Assembly (NCBI GenBank): GCA_030681135.1
Contig: JAUXXF010000004.1
Location: 699-64,698 of the forward strand
DNA: 64,000 bases
Source: Chlamydiales bacterium
Lineage (GTDB): Bacteria; Chlamydiota; Chlamydiia; Chlamydiales; SM23-39
Direction of reading: 5' to 3'
A program made the position numbers and the translations under genes. A model generated the notes under the pieces. It was not told the origin of the DNA and did no database searches. It worked only from the letters and a program-made list of their open reading frames with translations. Shown piece after piece: positions 36,323 to 45,964 of this stretch (position 1 is the stretch's first letter; each line of letters starts with the position of its first letter).

Positions 36323-37615
36323 TCACTCTCTTGTCCATAAAGATCCCGGGCGACAAAGGGCTCGTTTAAAAATTTCAGACCAGTTGGAGGTTATGTTGTT
36401 TGGTAAGTTGGGAGCTGCTAACTCTTTAAGGGTTTCGGCGTCGATCACTTCAAAGGCGCTGAGCTTTCTGTAATGTGTAGAAATAGGTTTGTAGGGATGA
36501 AAATTGAACACAAGCTTAAATCGATAGTCTTTGAGTAGCGTTTCTTTGGGATGTTCATAATAAATGATCTCATCCGATTCGATGAGGGGAACGCTGCGGT
36601 AGATGGCAGGAACTAAAAGAGAGATAAAAGCGAGTGGGTAAATGGTTTTTAAGGTGGGTAAATGCTCGGACAGCTCCTGAAACAAGACTGGGTCTTCAGG
36701 TAAAATGATGCAGATGCAGTCTTGTCGAAATCTTTTATAGAGGATTCGGGGCGTTTGCTGTTTCCAGCGATTATGTTGCCAAAGCCACTGTCCTGGAGAT
36801 TCTTTGATGCTGTTTTGCAATAAAGTGAGTAGTTCATTCATCATGCGCACAATTTCTTGTTCAGCTGGTTTCCCAAGTTCAGGCCAGATGGGATCTGAAT
36901 AGTGGATCTGATAGCCACTTCGGACACGTTTTGTAGCAGCAAAAATAATAGGACATTGAGTTTTATAAGCCAAAAGCGCAGGAGCTGTGGAAGTCCAGGC
37001 TCTTCTTCCGAAAAAAGGGAAGGCGTAGCCGCTATCTGGCATCGCCTGATCTCCGACAATTCCCATAAAAATCCCTTTCCTCAACGCTCGAAGACCTTCT
37101 CGAACGGCATTTTTAGGAGAAATGATCGTTCCTCCATTTTTTTCTCGAATGGAAGTGATCCATTGGTAAAGATATTTATTTTTAATCGATTTGCCAATGG
37201 CCATTCCGCGCATTCTCGTTGTTCCGTCAAGAAACAGCACTTCCCAGTTTGATTGATGGCCGCAGAAAAAAATAATCCCTTGGCCTTTTTGGTAAAGGGC
37301 GTTTGCTACCTCAGGATTTTTACAGTGGATGACTCGAGAAAAATCTTTTTCGTGAGCGAGCTTGGGATATTCCAGGCAGTTAATGGCAAGATTTTGAAAC
37401 GATTGCTTTGCTATTCGAATGATCTCTTTTGGGGTGAGAGCTAAATCTTTTGCTAAAGATAAATTGCTAAGAGTCCTCTTCCGATACTCCGACATAAAGT
37501 AATAGCAAAGAGTTCCAAGCCTTTTTCCTAGGAAGTGAAGCCAGCAGTAAGGAAGCCACCTGAAAGGATAGGTCAGCGTGCGAATCAAGAAGTAGCTGAG
37601 TTTTTCTTTATTCAA
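36323..37615 (-). CDS. lipid A biosynthesis lauroyl/myristoyl acyltransferase family protein (LpxL/HtrB-like) with ~135-aa C-terminal extension
   Basis: N-terminal membrane anchor and the acyltransferase 'FCGHQSNWE' (Hx4E) motif, within a ~290-aa LpxL-like region. The additional C-terminal region (nt ~36323-36730) has no clear assignment. Confidence 0.7.
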   Translation of the reverse strand: MNKEKLSYFLIRTLTYPFRWLPYCWLHFLGKRLGTLCYYFMSEYRKRTLSNLSLAKDLALTPKEIIRIAKQSFQNLAINCLEYPKLAHEKDFSRVIHCKNPEVANALYQKGQGIIFFCGHQSNWEVLFLDGTTRMRGMAIGKSIKNKYLYQWITSIREKNGGTIISPKNAVREGLRALRKGIFMGIVGDQAMPDSGYAFPFFGRRAWTSTAPALLAYKTQCPIIFAATKRVRSGYQIHYSDPIWPELGKPAEQEIVRMMNELLTLLQNSIKESPGQWLWQHNRWKQQTPRILYKRFRQDCICIILPEDPVLFQELSEHLPTLKTIYPLAFISLLVPAIYRSVPLIESDEIIYYEHPKETLLKDYRFKLVFNFHPYKPISTHYRKLSAFEVIDAETLKELAAPNLPNNITSNWSEIFKRALCRPGSLWTRE

Positions 37616-38741
37616 GACACGCCCTCATTAAGAGATCTAACTGGATGGAAAAATCTAAATGTTCGACGCTATTTCTGATTGCTTGCGCCCGAGCGGGGGT
37701 TTTGGGAGACTGCAATGCTGCGGTTAGAGCTTGCGTCATCGCTTCAGGGTCCAATAAAGATTCAATGCATAGTCCATTTTGAGGAGTGATAATTTCATGT
37801 CCTCCATTTTGATAAGAAGAGATGACGGAAAGGCCCATCGCTAGCGCTTCGACAGTCACATTGGCAAAGGGATCGTAAAATGAAGGGATCACAAGAGCGT
37901 CGGCCAATTGGTAAAAAGGGCGGATATCTGACTGAGGGCCAAAAAAACGGACATGCTTCGATAATCCTAACAGATCAGTTTTGTGTATGTATTCTTCCAT
38001 TCGACGATCTTTTCCTATGACGGAAAGGTGAAAATCTTTTGTGGGAAGGCGAGAGAGTCCTGTAAGCAATTGACTCAGCCCCTTTCTTAGATAGCCACTG
38101 CCAACAAATAAAAAATGAAAGACTCCAGAAGGGAGACCAAAGAGCTCTAGCAGAGTTTCTTTTTTAGAAGGCCACTGAGCAAAATCTTCTTTCATCTCGT
38201 TCCATTCGACACCATTATGAATCACTTCGATATTAGCGGGATCTACTTTATATCGCTCTAAAATTTGTTGACGCACCATATGGGAGTTAGCGAAGATTTT
38301 TTTGAGGCGAGGATGTTCAAAAGAGGTTTTTTCAAGCTGTAGAATTTTTCTGTGCATGGGATTTAAACGGCAAGAGAGTTCTTTTAACCTGCCTTCTGTC
38401 CATCTACGGCTTTGCAAATAGGCATCATGAACTCCGTTGCCTGCCCGAATGTGTGTTTGCTCTCTGTTGCGGTCCATTCCAAAAACAAGATCTGCTCCGT
38501 GGTGTTGGATCCACTTTTTTGTGAATCGATCAAATTGCTCCATTTTTAAAAAAGAGGGCCAACTCCAAGTGTTTGCGCTGTAAAAAGAGACTTGTGGCTG
38601 ATTTGGAGGAGTCTTTCCTGTCGTCAATACGCTTACCTGAGCTCCTCTATCTACAAAAGCAGAAATAATACGATTTGCTGATTTTTCGAGCCCTCCGGCA
38701 AGAGCTGCACGCGATTTTAAGATAACTACATGTTTTGCCAT
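37608..38741 (-). CDS. glycosyltransferase family 4 (GT-B fold)
   Basis: C-terminal 'LVIPSFYDPFANVTVEALAMGLSVISS' (EX7E-type block) and an N-terminal 'GG(L)E' block. Length 377 aa. Confidence 0.8.
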   Translation of the reverse strand: MAKHVVILKSRAALAGGLEKSANRIISAFVDRGAQVSVLTTGKTPPNQPQVSFYSANTWSWPSFLKMEQFDRFTKKWIQHHGADLVFGMDRNREQTHIRAGNGVHDAYLQSRRWTEGRLKELSCRLNPMHRKILQLEKTSFEHPRLKKIFANSHMVRQQILERYKVDPANIEVIHNGVEWNEMKEDFAQWPSKKETLLELFGLPSGVFHFLFVGSGYLRKGLSQLLTGLSRLPTKDFHLSVIGKDRRMEEYIHKTDLLGLSKHVRFFGPQSDIRPFYQLADALVIPSFYDPFANVTVEALAMGLSVISSYQNGGHEIITPQNGLCIESLLDPEAMTQALTAALQSPKTPARAQAIRNSVEHLDFSIQLDLLMRACLE

Positions 38742-38751
38742 AGAAAGAGGG

Positions 38752-40005
38752 CTATAATTCAGGGGTCACAGAAATAGCATTATCTGTGAGTTCGATGTGT
38801 AAAAGCAGCTTATGCTGTTTAGGAGTATAGAGGCGGAACCGGGTCATATAGCTACGAAAACGATTGCGCAAATAGTCCTCTCTTAAATGGGGATGGACAT
38901 CGCCAATTTCTTCTGTAGATTCAGAAAGAACTTTTGCCACGTACCGATCTTCCAGTTCGTTCGGATACATGAACTGTACATTCCAAAGAAGTTTTTCCCT
39001 TTCATTCTTGGGCGAGGCTACAACGACAATTTGCATCATATCTTTTACTGTATCTAGAAAAAGACGACTCACTCCTTGGGCATAGAGAGGAGAAGTGATG
39101 ACATTGATTCCATTTTTTTTGATAATAAAATCGTTTGCAACTAGCTGATACGTTTCTGGGTTGATCACGTGGCTATGTTTAGGAGGGAAAAAGATCGTGA
39201 CTGGCAAAGACGCGTCGATAGGTAAAAATTCTTGGCGAGAAAAGTCGATGCGTAAATTTTTTGCCTGAGGGTCATCGATCACAATCGGCGTATCAGATAA
39301 AAAGGGGAGGTTGATTTTTTTCCAAGAATTGGGAACGAAAAAGCTGATAGCGTCTCCATGTTCATGGTTTTTTTTGCTCATCAACGTGTCAAGCTCTGCC
39401 GTAGAAATGTCACTTAAATTAAAGGTCAATATAGGACCTCGGTTTTTTAGCCTTTTGATCGTCTCTTCAGGTCCATTGACTGTGACAAACAGTTGATAGG
39501 GCCAAATATCGAGGAATTGATAACCTTTTGGTGGTTTGCCAATAGGATGAGTGATTGTTATGGGGATTTTTTCTGTGACAAGTTTAGCTTGCTTAATGAT
39601 CATCTCAAAAGGATGTACTTTTGAGATCATGGTTGAAACATCAAATTCAGATTTCAGGCTAATGAGGTCTTTTTTTGTGACGACGGCAATCCACTGATCT
39701 GATTTATCGGTCGCATCAATGAGAACTTCTAGGTCTTTTCCACTTAGCTCTTCAACAGCCGTTTTGTTGCCCGTGACCATTAAGGAGATTTTTTTGTTTA
39801 ATACTCCGCTCGATTGCATCCCTTCAATCGTTTTTTCCGGAGGTAAATGGGTCACGCGTACGGGAATGCTGTCGATTTGTTTTGTAATCGTCATCGAATG
39901 TTCGATCATGAGCCAAATGAGGATTGCGAGGATCAGGGAGATTAATTTTCTTTGCCAATGATCTAAAAAAAGTTTTTTTAAGAAAGTTTTCACGTTTTTA
40001 GCCAC
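38752..40005 (-). CDS. YbbR-domain protein (CdaR-like regulator of diadenylate cyclase)
   Basis: N-terminal TM helix followed by repeated ~90-aa beta-rich modules. It overlaps the 3' end of cdaA by 16 nt, which is the canonical cdaA-cdaR arrangement. Confidence 0.65.
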   Translation of the reverse strand: MAKNVKTFLKKLFLDHWQRKLISLILAILIWLMIEHSMTITKQIDSIPVRVTHLPPEKTIEGMQSSGVLNKKISLMVTGNKTAVEELSGKDLEVLIDATDKSDQWIAVVTKKDLISLKSEFDVSTMISKVHPFEMIIKQAKLVTEKIPITITHPIGKPPKGYQFLDIWPYQLFVTVNGPEETIKRLKNRGPILTFNLSDISTAELDTLMSKKNHEHGDAISFFVPNSWKKINLPFLSDTPIVIDDPQAKNLRIDFSRQEFLPIDASLPVTIFFPPKHSHVINPETYQLVANDFIIKKNGINVITSPLYAQGVSRLFLDTVKDMMQIVVVASPKNEREKLLWNVQFMYPNELEDRYVAKVLSESTEEIGDVHPHLREDYLRNRFRSYMTRFRLYTPKQHKLLLHIELTDNAISVTPEL

Positions 40006-40826
40006 TCTAGAAGATTAAATTTTTTCTGTGGATCAAGTTTCGAAGGGGGATTAAAGATGCTTCGAATAATACCCTTAAATCGATCGATTTTCACGCCTCT
40101 TGTCATGATTCCTTCTCTTGCAATAGAAACCTTTCCTGTTTCTTCGGAGACGACGATGACAAGGGCGTCTGTCAGATAACTCAGCCCCAATCCAGCTCGG
40201 TGTCTAGTTCCCATCGATTTTGCCAGCTGCGCCGAATCTTCCGCTAAGGGGAGGATGACTGCTGCCGCCAAAATGGACTGATCTCGCAGAAGAACGGCGC
40301 CATCATGAAGGGGTGTATTAATGGCAAAAATCGTTTCGAGCAATTCTGGAGAAAAGTCGGCGCCTAATAAAACAGCTTTTTGTGCATATTCAGCTAAAGA
40401 GTCTTCGTTTTCTAGAGCAATCAACGCACCGATCCGTTTTTCAGACATCCTGTAGACAGAATTGGCCAATTGGTCGAGAAATTTATCAAATTCAGTGATT
40501 TCCCGATAACGCTTTCCTTTGAAACTAAGCTTCGAAAGAGCCATCCGAAATTCTGGTTGGAAAATGATGATGATGGCAATTGCGAGGACATTGCCCAAAA
40601 GGATCATAATCTTGTGAAGAACGGGCAAGTTCAGCCAGCTAGAAGCTGCTAAAATCAGTAAAAATGCAAAGAACCCCAATACTAAATCCATTGATTTGGT
40701 GTTCCAAAAAAATGAAAGAAGATAATTGATCATGATCGCAATGATCATGACCTCGAAAAAAGGGGTAATTGAATAAAAAAAGCTCATATGGATACACACT
40801 AAAATGTACCAACAAATGAGATTCAC
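39990..40826 (-). CDS. cdaA: diadenylate cyclase (c-di-AMP synthase), membrane-anchored
   Basis: Three N-terminal TM helices and a DAC domain with 'HDGAVLL' and 'GTRHRAGLGLS'. Confidence 0.88.
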   Translation of the reverse strand: MNLICWYILVCIHMSFFYSITPFFEVMIIAIMINYLLSFFWNTKSMDLVLGFFAFLLILAASSWLNLPVLHKIMILLGNVLAIAIIIIFQPEFRMALSKLSFKGKRYREITEFDKFLDQLANSVYRMSEKRIGALIALENEDSLAEYAQKAVLLGADFSPELLETIFAINTPLHDGAVLLRDQSILAAAVILPLAEDSAQLAKSMGTRHRAGLGLSYLTDALVIVVSEETGKVSIAREGIMTRGVKIDRFKGIIRSIFNPPSKLDPQKKFNLLEWLKT

Positions 40827-40903
40827 GGCAAGGAAAAACTATTTGACTTAAATACCTAAATCAGTGACAAAAAGCCTTGTTTTTCAACAACGTTAGGGCT
40901 TGC

Positions 40904-42274
40904 ATGGATGATGCATTATTGCTGTCGAGGATTCAGTTTTCGTTGAACATTTGTTTTCACTATCTATTTCCTCCGATTAGCATTGGATTAGGATTGATGC
41001 TTGTCATTATGGAAGGAATTTATTTGAAGACAAACAGGCTTGTTTATAAAGAAATGACGTTGTTTTGGACAAAGATTTTTGCTCTGGTATTTGCAATTGG
41101 TGTGGCTACAGGTCTTGTGCAGACATTTGCTTTTGGAACGAATTGGTCTCGCTATTCCCGTTTTGTTGGAGATGTGTTTGGTAATGCTTTGGCAGCGGAA
41201 GGGATTTTTGCATTTTTTTTAGAGGCGGGATTTTTGGGAGTTTTGTTATTTGGATGGGATCGAGTTGGACCGAAGATGCATTATTTTTCCACGATTTGCG
41301 TCGCTTTAGGCGCTCATTTTAGCGCAGTATGGATTATTGTTGCGAACTCCTGGATGCAAACGCCGGCAGGTTCCGGTATCGCTCAAACTGCTTTAGGGCC
41401 TCGTGCAGTCATCAATGGATTTTGGGCGATGATATTTAATCCTTCGACGATCGATCGGCTGACGCATACGATTTTAGCTTGCTGGGTTACGGGAGCTTTT
41501 TTTGTGCTGAGTGTAAGCGCTTTTTATCTGCTGAAAAAAAAACATCTCTTGATTGCCAGGTCGATGTTGAAAATCAGCCTGTTAGTTGCAGCAGGATCTC
41601 TTGTGTTGCAAGCATTTTCAGGGCATAGCAGCGCTAATATAGTGGCCAAGTACCAGCCGGCAAAGCTGGCGGCTTTTGAGGGGCTTTATCATACCGAACC
41701 TTCGACGCCTTTGTCATTGATTGGATGGGTAGACACAAAAAAAGAGGTGGTCCACTCCTTAAAAATTCCAGGAATGTTGAGCTGGCTTATTTATGGAGAT
41801 TTTCATACTCCTGTCAAAGGGTTGGATCAGATTCCTAAAGACCACTGGCCTAATGTAGCGGCCGTCTTCCAAGCGTATCATTTGATGGTCGGGCTTTGGG
41901 GGGTGATGTTTTTGTTAATTGTCTTAGGGTGCTGGCATTGGGCTAAAGGAACTTTGGAGAAAAAACCTTGGCTTCTTTGGAGCATGGTTTTTTCAGTGGG
42001 CTTGCCTCATATCGCTCAGCAATCTGGATGGATTGCAGCAGAAATGGGAAGACAGCCTTGGATCGTCTGGCATTTGCTGAAAACGAGTGAGGGATTGTCG
42101 ACAAACATTTCTGCAGGACAAGTGCTGGGATCTCTTTGTGTGTTTATTGCGATTTATTCCTTGCTGTTTGCGTTGTTTATTTTTCTTTTGGATAGGAAAA
42201 TTAAACAAGGGCCAGAGGTTATTTCTCTGGTTCGAGGAAATGAGGTGTATCGAGATTATACCAAAACAACCTGA
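40904..42274 (+). CDS. cydA: cytochrome bd ubiquinol oxidase subunit I
   Basis: Start reset to the ATG giving '[24 protein letters not shown]'. '[12 protein letters not shown]' is present. About 456 aa. Confidence 0.92.
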   Translation: MDDALLLSRIQFSLNICFHYLFPPISIGLGLMLVIMEGIYLKTNRLVYKEMTLFWTKIFALVFAIGVATGLVQTFAFGTNWSRYSRFVGDVFGNALAAEGIFAFFLEAGFLGVLLFGWDRVGPKMHYFSTICVALGAHFSAVWIIVANSWMQTPAGSGIAQTALGPRAVINGFWAMIFNPSTIDRLTHTILACWVTGAFFVLSVSAFYLLKKKHLLIARSMLKISLLVAAGSLVLQAFSGHSSANIVAKYQPAKLAAFEGLYHTEPSTPLSLIGWVDTKKEVVHSLKIPGMLSWLIYGDFHTPVKGLDQIPKDHWPNVAAVFQAYHLMVGLWGVMFLLIVLGCWHWAKGTLEKKPWLLWSMVFSVGLPHIAQQSGWIAAEMGRQPWIVWHLLKTSEGLSTNISAGQVLGSLCVFIAIYSLLFALFIFLLDRKIKQGPEVISLVRGNEVYRDYTKTT

Positions 42275-42380
42275 AGAATCGGTTTTTGTCTTCGCTCGCG
42301 CCTTGCCTCCGGCAATGGTCACTCGCTCCAGACAAAAAATTCTGAGGAGCCTCCTTGCCAAAATCCCGATTCTTCAGGTT
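42268..42380. repeat. 113-bp element bounded by perfect 15-bp inverted repeats in the cydA-cydB spacer
   Basis: aacctgaagaatcgg (42268-42282, contains the cydA TGA stop) and ccgattcttcaggtt (42366-42380). A nested 9-bp stem is tttttgtct (42283-42291) / agacaaaaa (42330-42338). Confidence 0.75.
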
Positions 42381-42413
42381 GTTTCCGTATATTCAAAAAA
42401 TGGGGCTTAGTTC

Positions 42414-43433
42414 ATGGATTTAGAAACTCTTTGGTATGCCATCATCGGCATTTCTATGATTATGTATACAGTGCTCGATGGATTTGATTTGGGTGTAGGA
42501 GCTCTTCACTTATTTGCTCGCAGCGATCATCAGCGTCGCATTTTTCTCAACGCAATCGGCCCTGTCTGGGATGGCAATGAAGTATGGATTGTGATTGTTA
42601 TGGGAGGATTGTTAGCAGGATTTCCTAATGCTTATGCAACCATTTTCTCAGGATTTTATACTCTTCTCATGATTTTAGTCGCTGGATTGATTTTTCGAGC
42701 GGTAGCTATTGAATTTCGGAGTAAAAGTGAATCGATCTCCTGGCGTAGGACGTGGGATGTGATTTTTTCTCTATCGAGTATTGTTACAGGGATTGTCGTA
42801 GGTGTTGTTTTGGGGAATTTAATCATTGGGATTCCTTTAAATGCTGAGCAAGATTATCACGGAGGGTTTTTTCGGCTAATCAATCCTTATTCTCTTCTCG
42901 TAGGAGTAACCGGTATGTCTTTATTTGCCATGCATGGAGCGATTTACCTCGCTATGAAAACAGAAGGGGAGGCGCAAAAAGTAGTTCGTCATTGGATCGG
43001 TCGGGCTGTCTTTGTCTTTTTCGTCTGTTATTTAGCAACAACGATCGCCACCATTCTTTATATGCCTCGGATGCTCCATCGTATGGAGAGCCATCCGGAG
43101 TTTCTCTTGCTTCCTCTATGTGCGCTTTTAGCGATTTGTGCTGTCATCTGGCAGGTGCGAAAAAAAAATGATGGTTGGGCTTTTATTGCCTCTTGCATAG
43201 CTATCGCTTTATTAGTGGGGCTTTTTGGGATAGGGACGTATCCGTATCTTGTCTATTCAACCATCGATCCAGAGCTTCATAGCTTGACTATTTATAATGC
43301 AGCTTCCACTCACGCGAGTTTAAGGAATTTATTAATTGTTGTGGCCATTGGAGTGCCGCTAGTGATGGCCTATGGGTTTTGGATCTATCGCGTGTTTCGA
43401 GGAAAGGTTCGTCTGCATCCTACAAGTTATTAA
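42414..43433 (+). CDS. cydB: cytochrome bd ubiquinol oxidase subunit II
   Basis: 339 aa polytopic protein. 'YTVLDGFDLGVG' and 'WDGNEVW' are typical of CydB. Confidence 0.9.
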   Translation: MDLETLWYAIIGISMIMYTVLDGFDLGVGALHLFARSDHQRRIFLNAIGPVWDGNEVWIVIVMGGLLAGFPNAYATIFSGFYTLLMILVAGLIFRAVAIEFRSKSESISWRRTWDVIFSLSSIVTGIVVGVVLGNLIIGIPLNAEQDYHGGFFRLINPYSLLVGVTGMSLFAMHGAIYLAMKTEGEAQKVVRHWIGRAVFVFFVCYLATTIATILYMPRMLHRMESHPEFLLLPLCALLAICAVIWQVRKKNDGWAFIASCIAIALLVGLFGIGTYPYLVYSTIDPELHSLTIYNAASTHASLRNLLIVVAIGVPLVMAYGFWIYRVFRGKVRLHPTSY

Positions 43434-43989
43434 CCTGGGTTAATGGCACTTCCAAGCTTGAATCGGAAGAATATTTCTTAGCAAATTCTTGTGTTTGTTT
43501 AAGTTGTTCTTCTTCGAGTGAAGGTGATATTTCATTTAAAAGGAACGTCTTTCCGTTTGATGAATCGACTAAAACTCCTAAATGATAATATCTAGATACT
43601 TCCGACATTAAAATTTCTCCCATTTGTTGAAAAATTGTTGGAGTCTCTTTTGAATACATGTTTTTTGTGCTCACTTCCTTACATCCAAATTCTTTGATTT
43701 TTTCTTGAATCTTAATTCCCCATTTGAAAGATTCTGGATGCCTTTTCCATCCGCCTAAAACAATAACTTTTACATCTTTAAGGGGTATGGAATGTTCTAT
43801 GAATTTATGAAAAATACATGCAATGGAATCAACGTTTGTAGTGTCATCTATATGAGCCACTGCAGCAAATTTACTGCTTGCAAAAGTAACTACGTAGCAA
43901 GGACCGAAACTGCCTGTTTTTATTTGAGGTTTCTTAGAATCTGATGAAGTAAAGGCCCAATTTTTTTGAAAAATATTAATCGAATTCAT
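43420..43989 (-). CDS. hypothetical protein with CheD-like Cys/His motif arrangement
   Basis: 'GSFGPCYVVTFASSKFAAVAHIDD' resembles the CheD 'GLGSCVAV....G.AH' block, and 'VIVLGGW' resembles the CheD 'KI.GGA' block. This is motif-level resemblance only. Confidence 0.35.
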   Translation of the reverse strand: MNSINIFQKNWAFTSSDSKKPQIKTGSFGPCYVVTFASSKFAAVAHIDDTTNVDSIACIFHKFIEHSIPLKDVKVIVLGGWKRHPESFKWGIKIQEKIKEFGCKEVSTKNMYSKETPTIFQQMGEILMSEVSRYYHLGVLVDSSNGKTFLLNEISPSLEEEQLKQTQEFAKKYSSDSSLEVPLTQVNNL

Positions 43990-44004
43990 GACGTAACTAA
44001 AGTT

Positions 44005-44601
44005 TTACTTGGCGCTAGGAAAACCCACTGCAGCCTTATAGCAAAGCAGCAGGTGGTTCACGCCATTCATGGCGCGGTGTGGCTTTGATTCGCCGGGCAG
44101 TTGGTAATAAGAGGCGATAGAATCTTTGGAAAAGCCGATCTCCCAAGGAAGGGGGCCTTTTTGCTCTTTTGCTTTTTGCATGGCAAGAGCCCAATGCATA
44201 GAAGCCAGGTCGAGCCAGTGATAGGGCCAGCTCAAGAGCTCTTGTGTGTCGGCATCGATGAGCTGGGAAAAAAATGCCCGGTCAAAAGAGGGGTTTTGGC
44301 AGATAAATACAGCCTTTTTGCGACGGACTCCGTGTAGGGTAAAAAGATCTATAATTTGCTGAGAAGCAGATCGAGGCATCATCCCTTGAGTTACTTCTTC
44401 CCAAGAAAACCCATTGATCCTGAGACTTTCTTGATCGCTTTTTGCCCATGAATCAATAGATTGGACAATCACTGTCTGAAATTGATCTTTTTCTTCGCCT
44501 GTTGATAAATCGACAATTTTACAAGCAAATTCTAAAATCTTATGCACCCGAGAGTTTAAGCCGTTTGTCTCAGTGTCTAAAAATACCCCAATCACAATCA
44601 C
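44005..44601 (-). CDS. DEDD-family 3'-5' exonuclease (DnaQ/epsilon-like domain)
   Basis: Exo I 'VFLDTETNGL', Exo II 'CQNPSFDRAFF' and Exo III-like 'HRAMNGVNHLL'. Confidence 0.75.
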   Translation of the reverse strand: MIVIGVFLDTETNGLNSRVHKILEFACKIVDLSTGEEKDQFQTVIVQSIDSWAKSDQESLRINGFSWEEVTQGMMPRSASQQIIDLFTLHGVRRKKAVFICQNPSFDRAFFSQLIDADTQELLSWPYHWLDLASMHWALAMQKAKEQKGPLPWEIGFSKDSIASYYQLPGESKPHRAMNGVNHLLLCYKAAVGFPSAK

Positions 44602-44706
44602 CTAAAAAAAACTTGAAATGAGCATGCTTCAACATAACAATTTATTCTAGAAATAGCAAGAAATAATGATGTATGGTAGACTATTGGGAATCTTTGGGAA
44701 TTTATT

Positions 44707-45135
44707 ATGGCGCTGCCTCCGCAGAAGTTTCGTGAAATCGTATTTCAAATTCTTTTTAGCAAAGATTTTGGGGCTGAAGAGCCTCAGGAGATGGTTGCTT
44801 TGCTGATGAATGAGCTAAAAGTCACAAAAAAAGTGATGTTAGATGCTTATGCCCGGACGGAAGCTGTTTTCCAAAAGATCGAAGAGATTGATCAAAAAAT
44901 TTCTTCACACTCTCCTGACTATGTATTTGAAAGGATTTCCAGGACGGAAAGGTCCATTTTGCGTTTAGGGACGTTTGAGCTCCTTTTTGATCCTTCTATT
45001 CCTCCCAAAGTGGCTATTGCTGAAGCGATTCGAATTTGTCGAAAATTTGGCTCGCCGCAAAGTGCCCAATTTGTTAATGCTGTACTTGACTCGGTGTTTA
45101 CTCATGTTAAAGCTGCAGCAGGGGCGCTCGCTTAA
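44707..45135 (+). CDS. nusB: transcription antitermination factor NusB
   Basis: 142 aa. 'REIVFQILF' and 'VAIAEAIRICRKFGSPQSAQFVNAVLDSV' match NusB. Confidence 0.88.
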   Translation: MALPPQKFREIVFQILFSKDFGAEEPQEMVALLMNELKVTKKVMLDAYARTEAVFQKIEEIDQKISSHSPDYVFERISRTERSILRLGTFELLFDPSIPPKVAIAEAIRICRKFGSPQSAQFVNAVLDSVFTHVKAAAGALA

Positions 45136-45964
45136 AGAATTTTCTACCTTTGGAATTGGGGGGAAGGTTTATCTATTTGCTGAAATTTTCTCTATCAGCC
45201 AAATGCAAGAAGCTTTTCAATGGATCCGGAAAGAAAACCTCCCTTTTTTCATTCTTGGCAAGGGGTCGAACTGCCTGTTTTCTGATCTTGGATTTAATGG
45301 TCTCGTTTTGTTGAATAAAATGGATGGGTGTCAGTGGAAGCAGGATCGAGTGATCGTAGAATCGGGGTATAGTTTTTCTCTATTGGGAATTCAGTCGGCT
45401 AGAAAAAAAATGTCTGGATTGGAGTTTGCCTCTGGAATTCCTGCTACCGTCGGTGGCGCAGTGTTTATGAATGCAGGGGCCAGTGGCTCTGAGACTTGCC
45501 GGCCACTAGAGTCTGTTGATTTTTTACACTTGGAAGGAGATATTGTCCATTATCCCAAAGAGCAGTTAGAATTTGGATACCGCTTTTCTTCTTTTCAACA
45601 AAAACAAGGGGCTATTTTATCAGCAGTATTTGCTTTTCAAGAGCTTGAAGAGGCGAGAAAAAGGCAGCTTGCCATCATCGAAAAAAGGGTGAATACGCAG
45701 CCGTACCAAGACAAAAGCATTGGGTGTATTTTTCAAAATCCGAGGCCTACAATTTCTGCTGGAAAATTGATTGATGGTTGCGGTTTAAAGGGATTTAAAG
45801 TCGGAGGAATTCAAATTTCCCCCCTCCATGCAAATTTTATGATTAATGTAGGAGGCGCAAGCGCCAAGGATGTGTTGGAGATGATTCATATTGTTCAGCA
45901 GCGTGTATTTCAAGAAACAGGCCATTTATTAAAGCCAGAAATTCGGGTAATAGAACCTTCATGA
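45104..45964 (+). CDS. murB: UDP-N-acetylenolpyruvoylglucosamine reductase
   Basis: Start trimmed to the ATG at 45104. 'FSTFGIGGKVYLF', 'ILGKGSNCLFSD', 'IPATVGGAVFMNAGA' and 'GCIFQNP' are typical of MurB. The ORF-track start at 44975 lies inside nusB. Confidence 0.88.
   Translation: MLKLQQGRSLKEFSTFGIGGKVYLFAEIFSISQMQEAFQWIRKENLPFFILGKGSNCLFSDLGFNGLVLLNKMDGCQWKQDRVIVESGYSFSLLGIQSARKKMSGLEFASGIPATVGGAVFMNAGASGSETCRPLESVDFLHLEGDIVHYPKEQLEFGYRFSSFQQKQGAILSAVFAFQELEEARKRQLAIIEKRVNTQPYQDKSIGCIFQNPRPTISAGKLIDGCGLKGFKVGGIQISPLHANFMINVGGASAKDVLEMIHIVQQRVFQETGHLLKPEIRVIEPS

Noticed and set aside
42087-42410. 107-aa ORF bridging the end of cydA and the cydA-cydB spacer (possible small cyd subunit?).
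   Set aside because: It starts inside cydA in another frame and runs through the inverted-repeat element. It has no hydrophobic CydX-like helix and no RBS.
44975-45103. N-terminal 43-codon extension of murB given by the ORF track.
   Set aside because: The extension lies inside nusB in another frame and has no MurB similarity. The ATG at 45104 leaves a normal-length N-terminus before the 'FGIGG' FAD-binding block.
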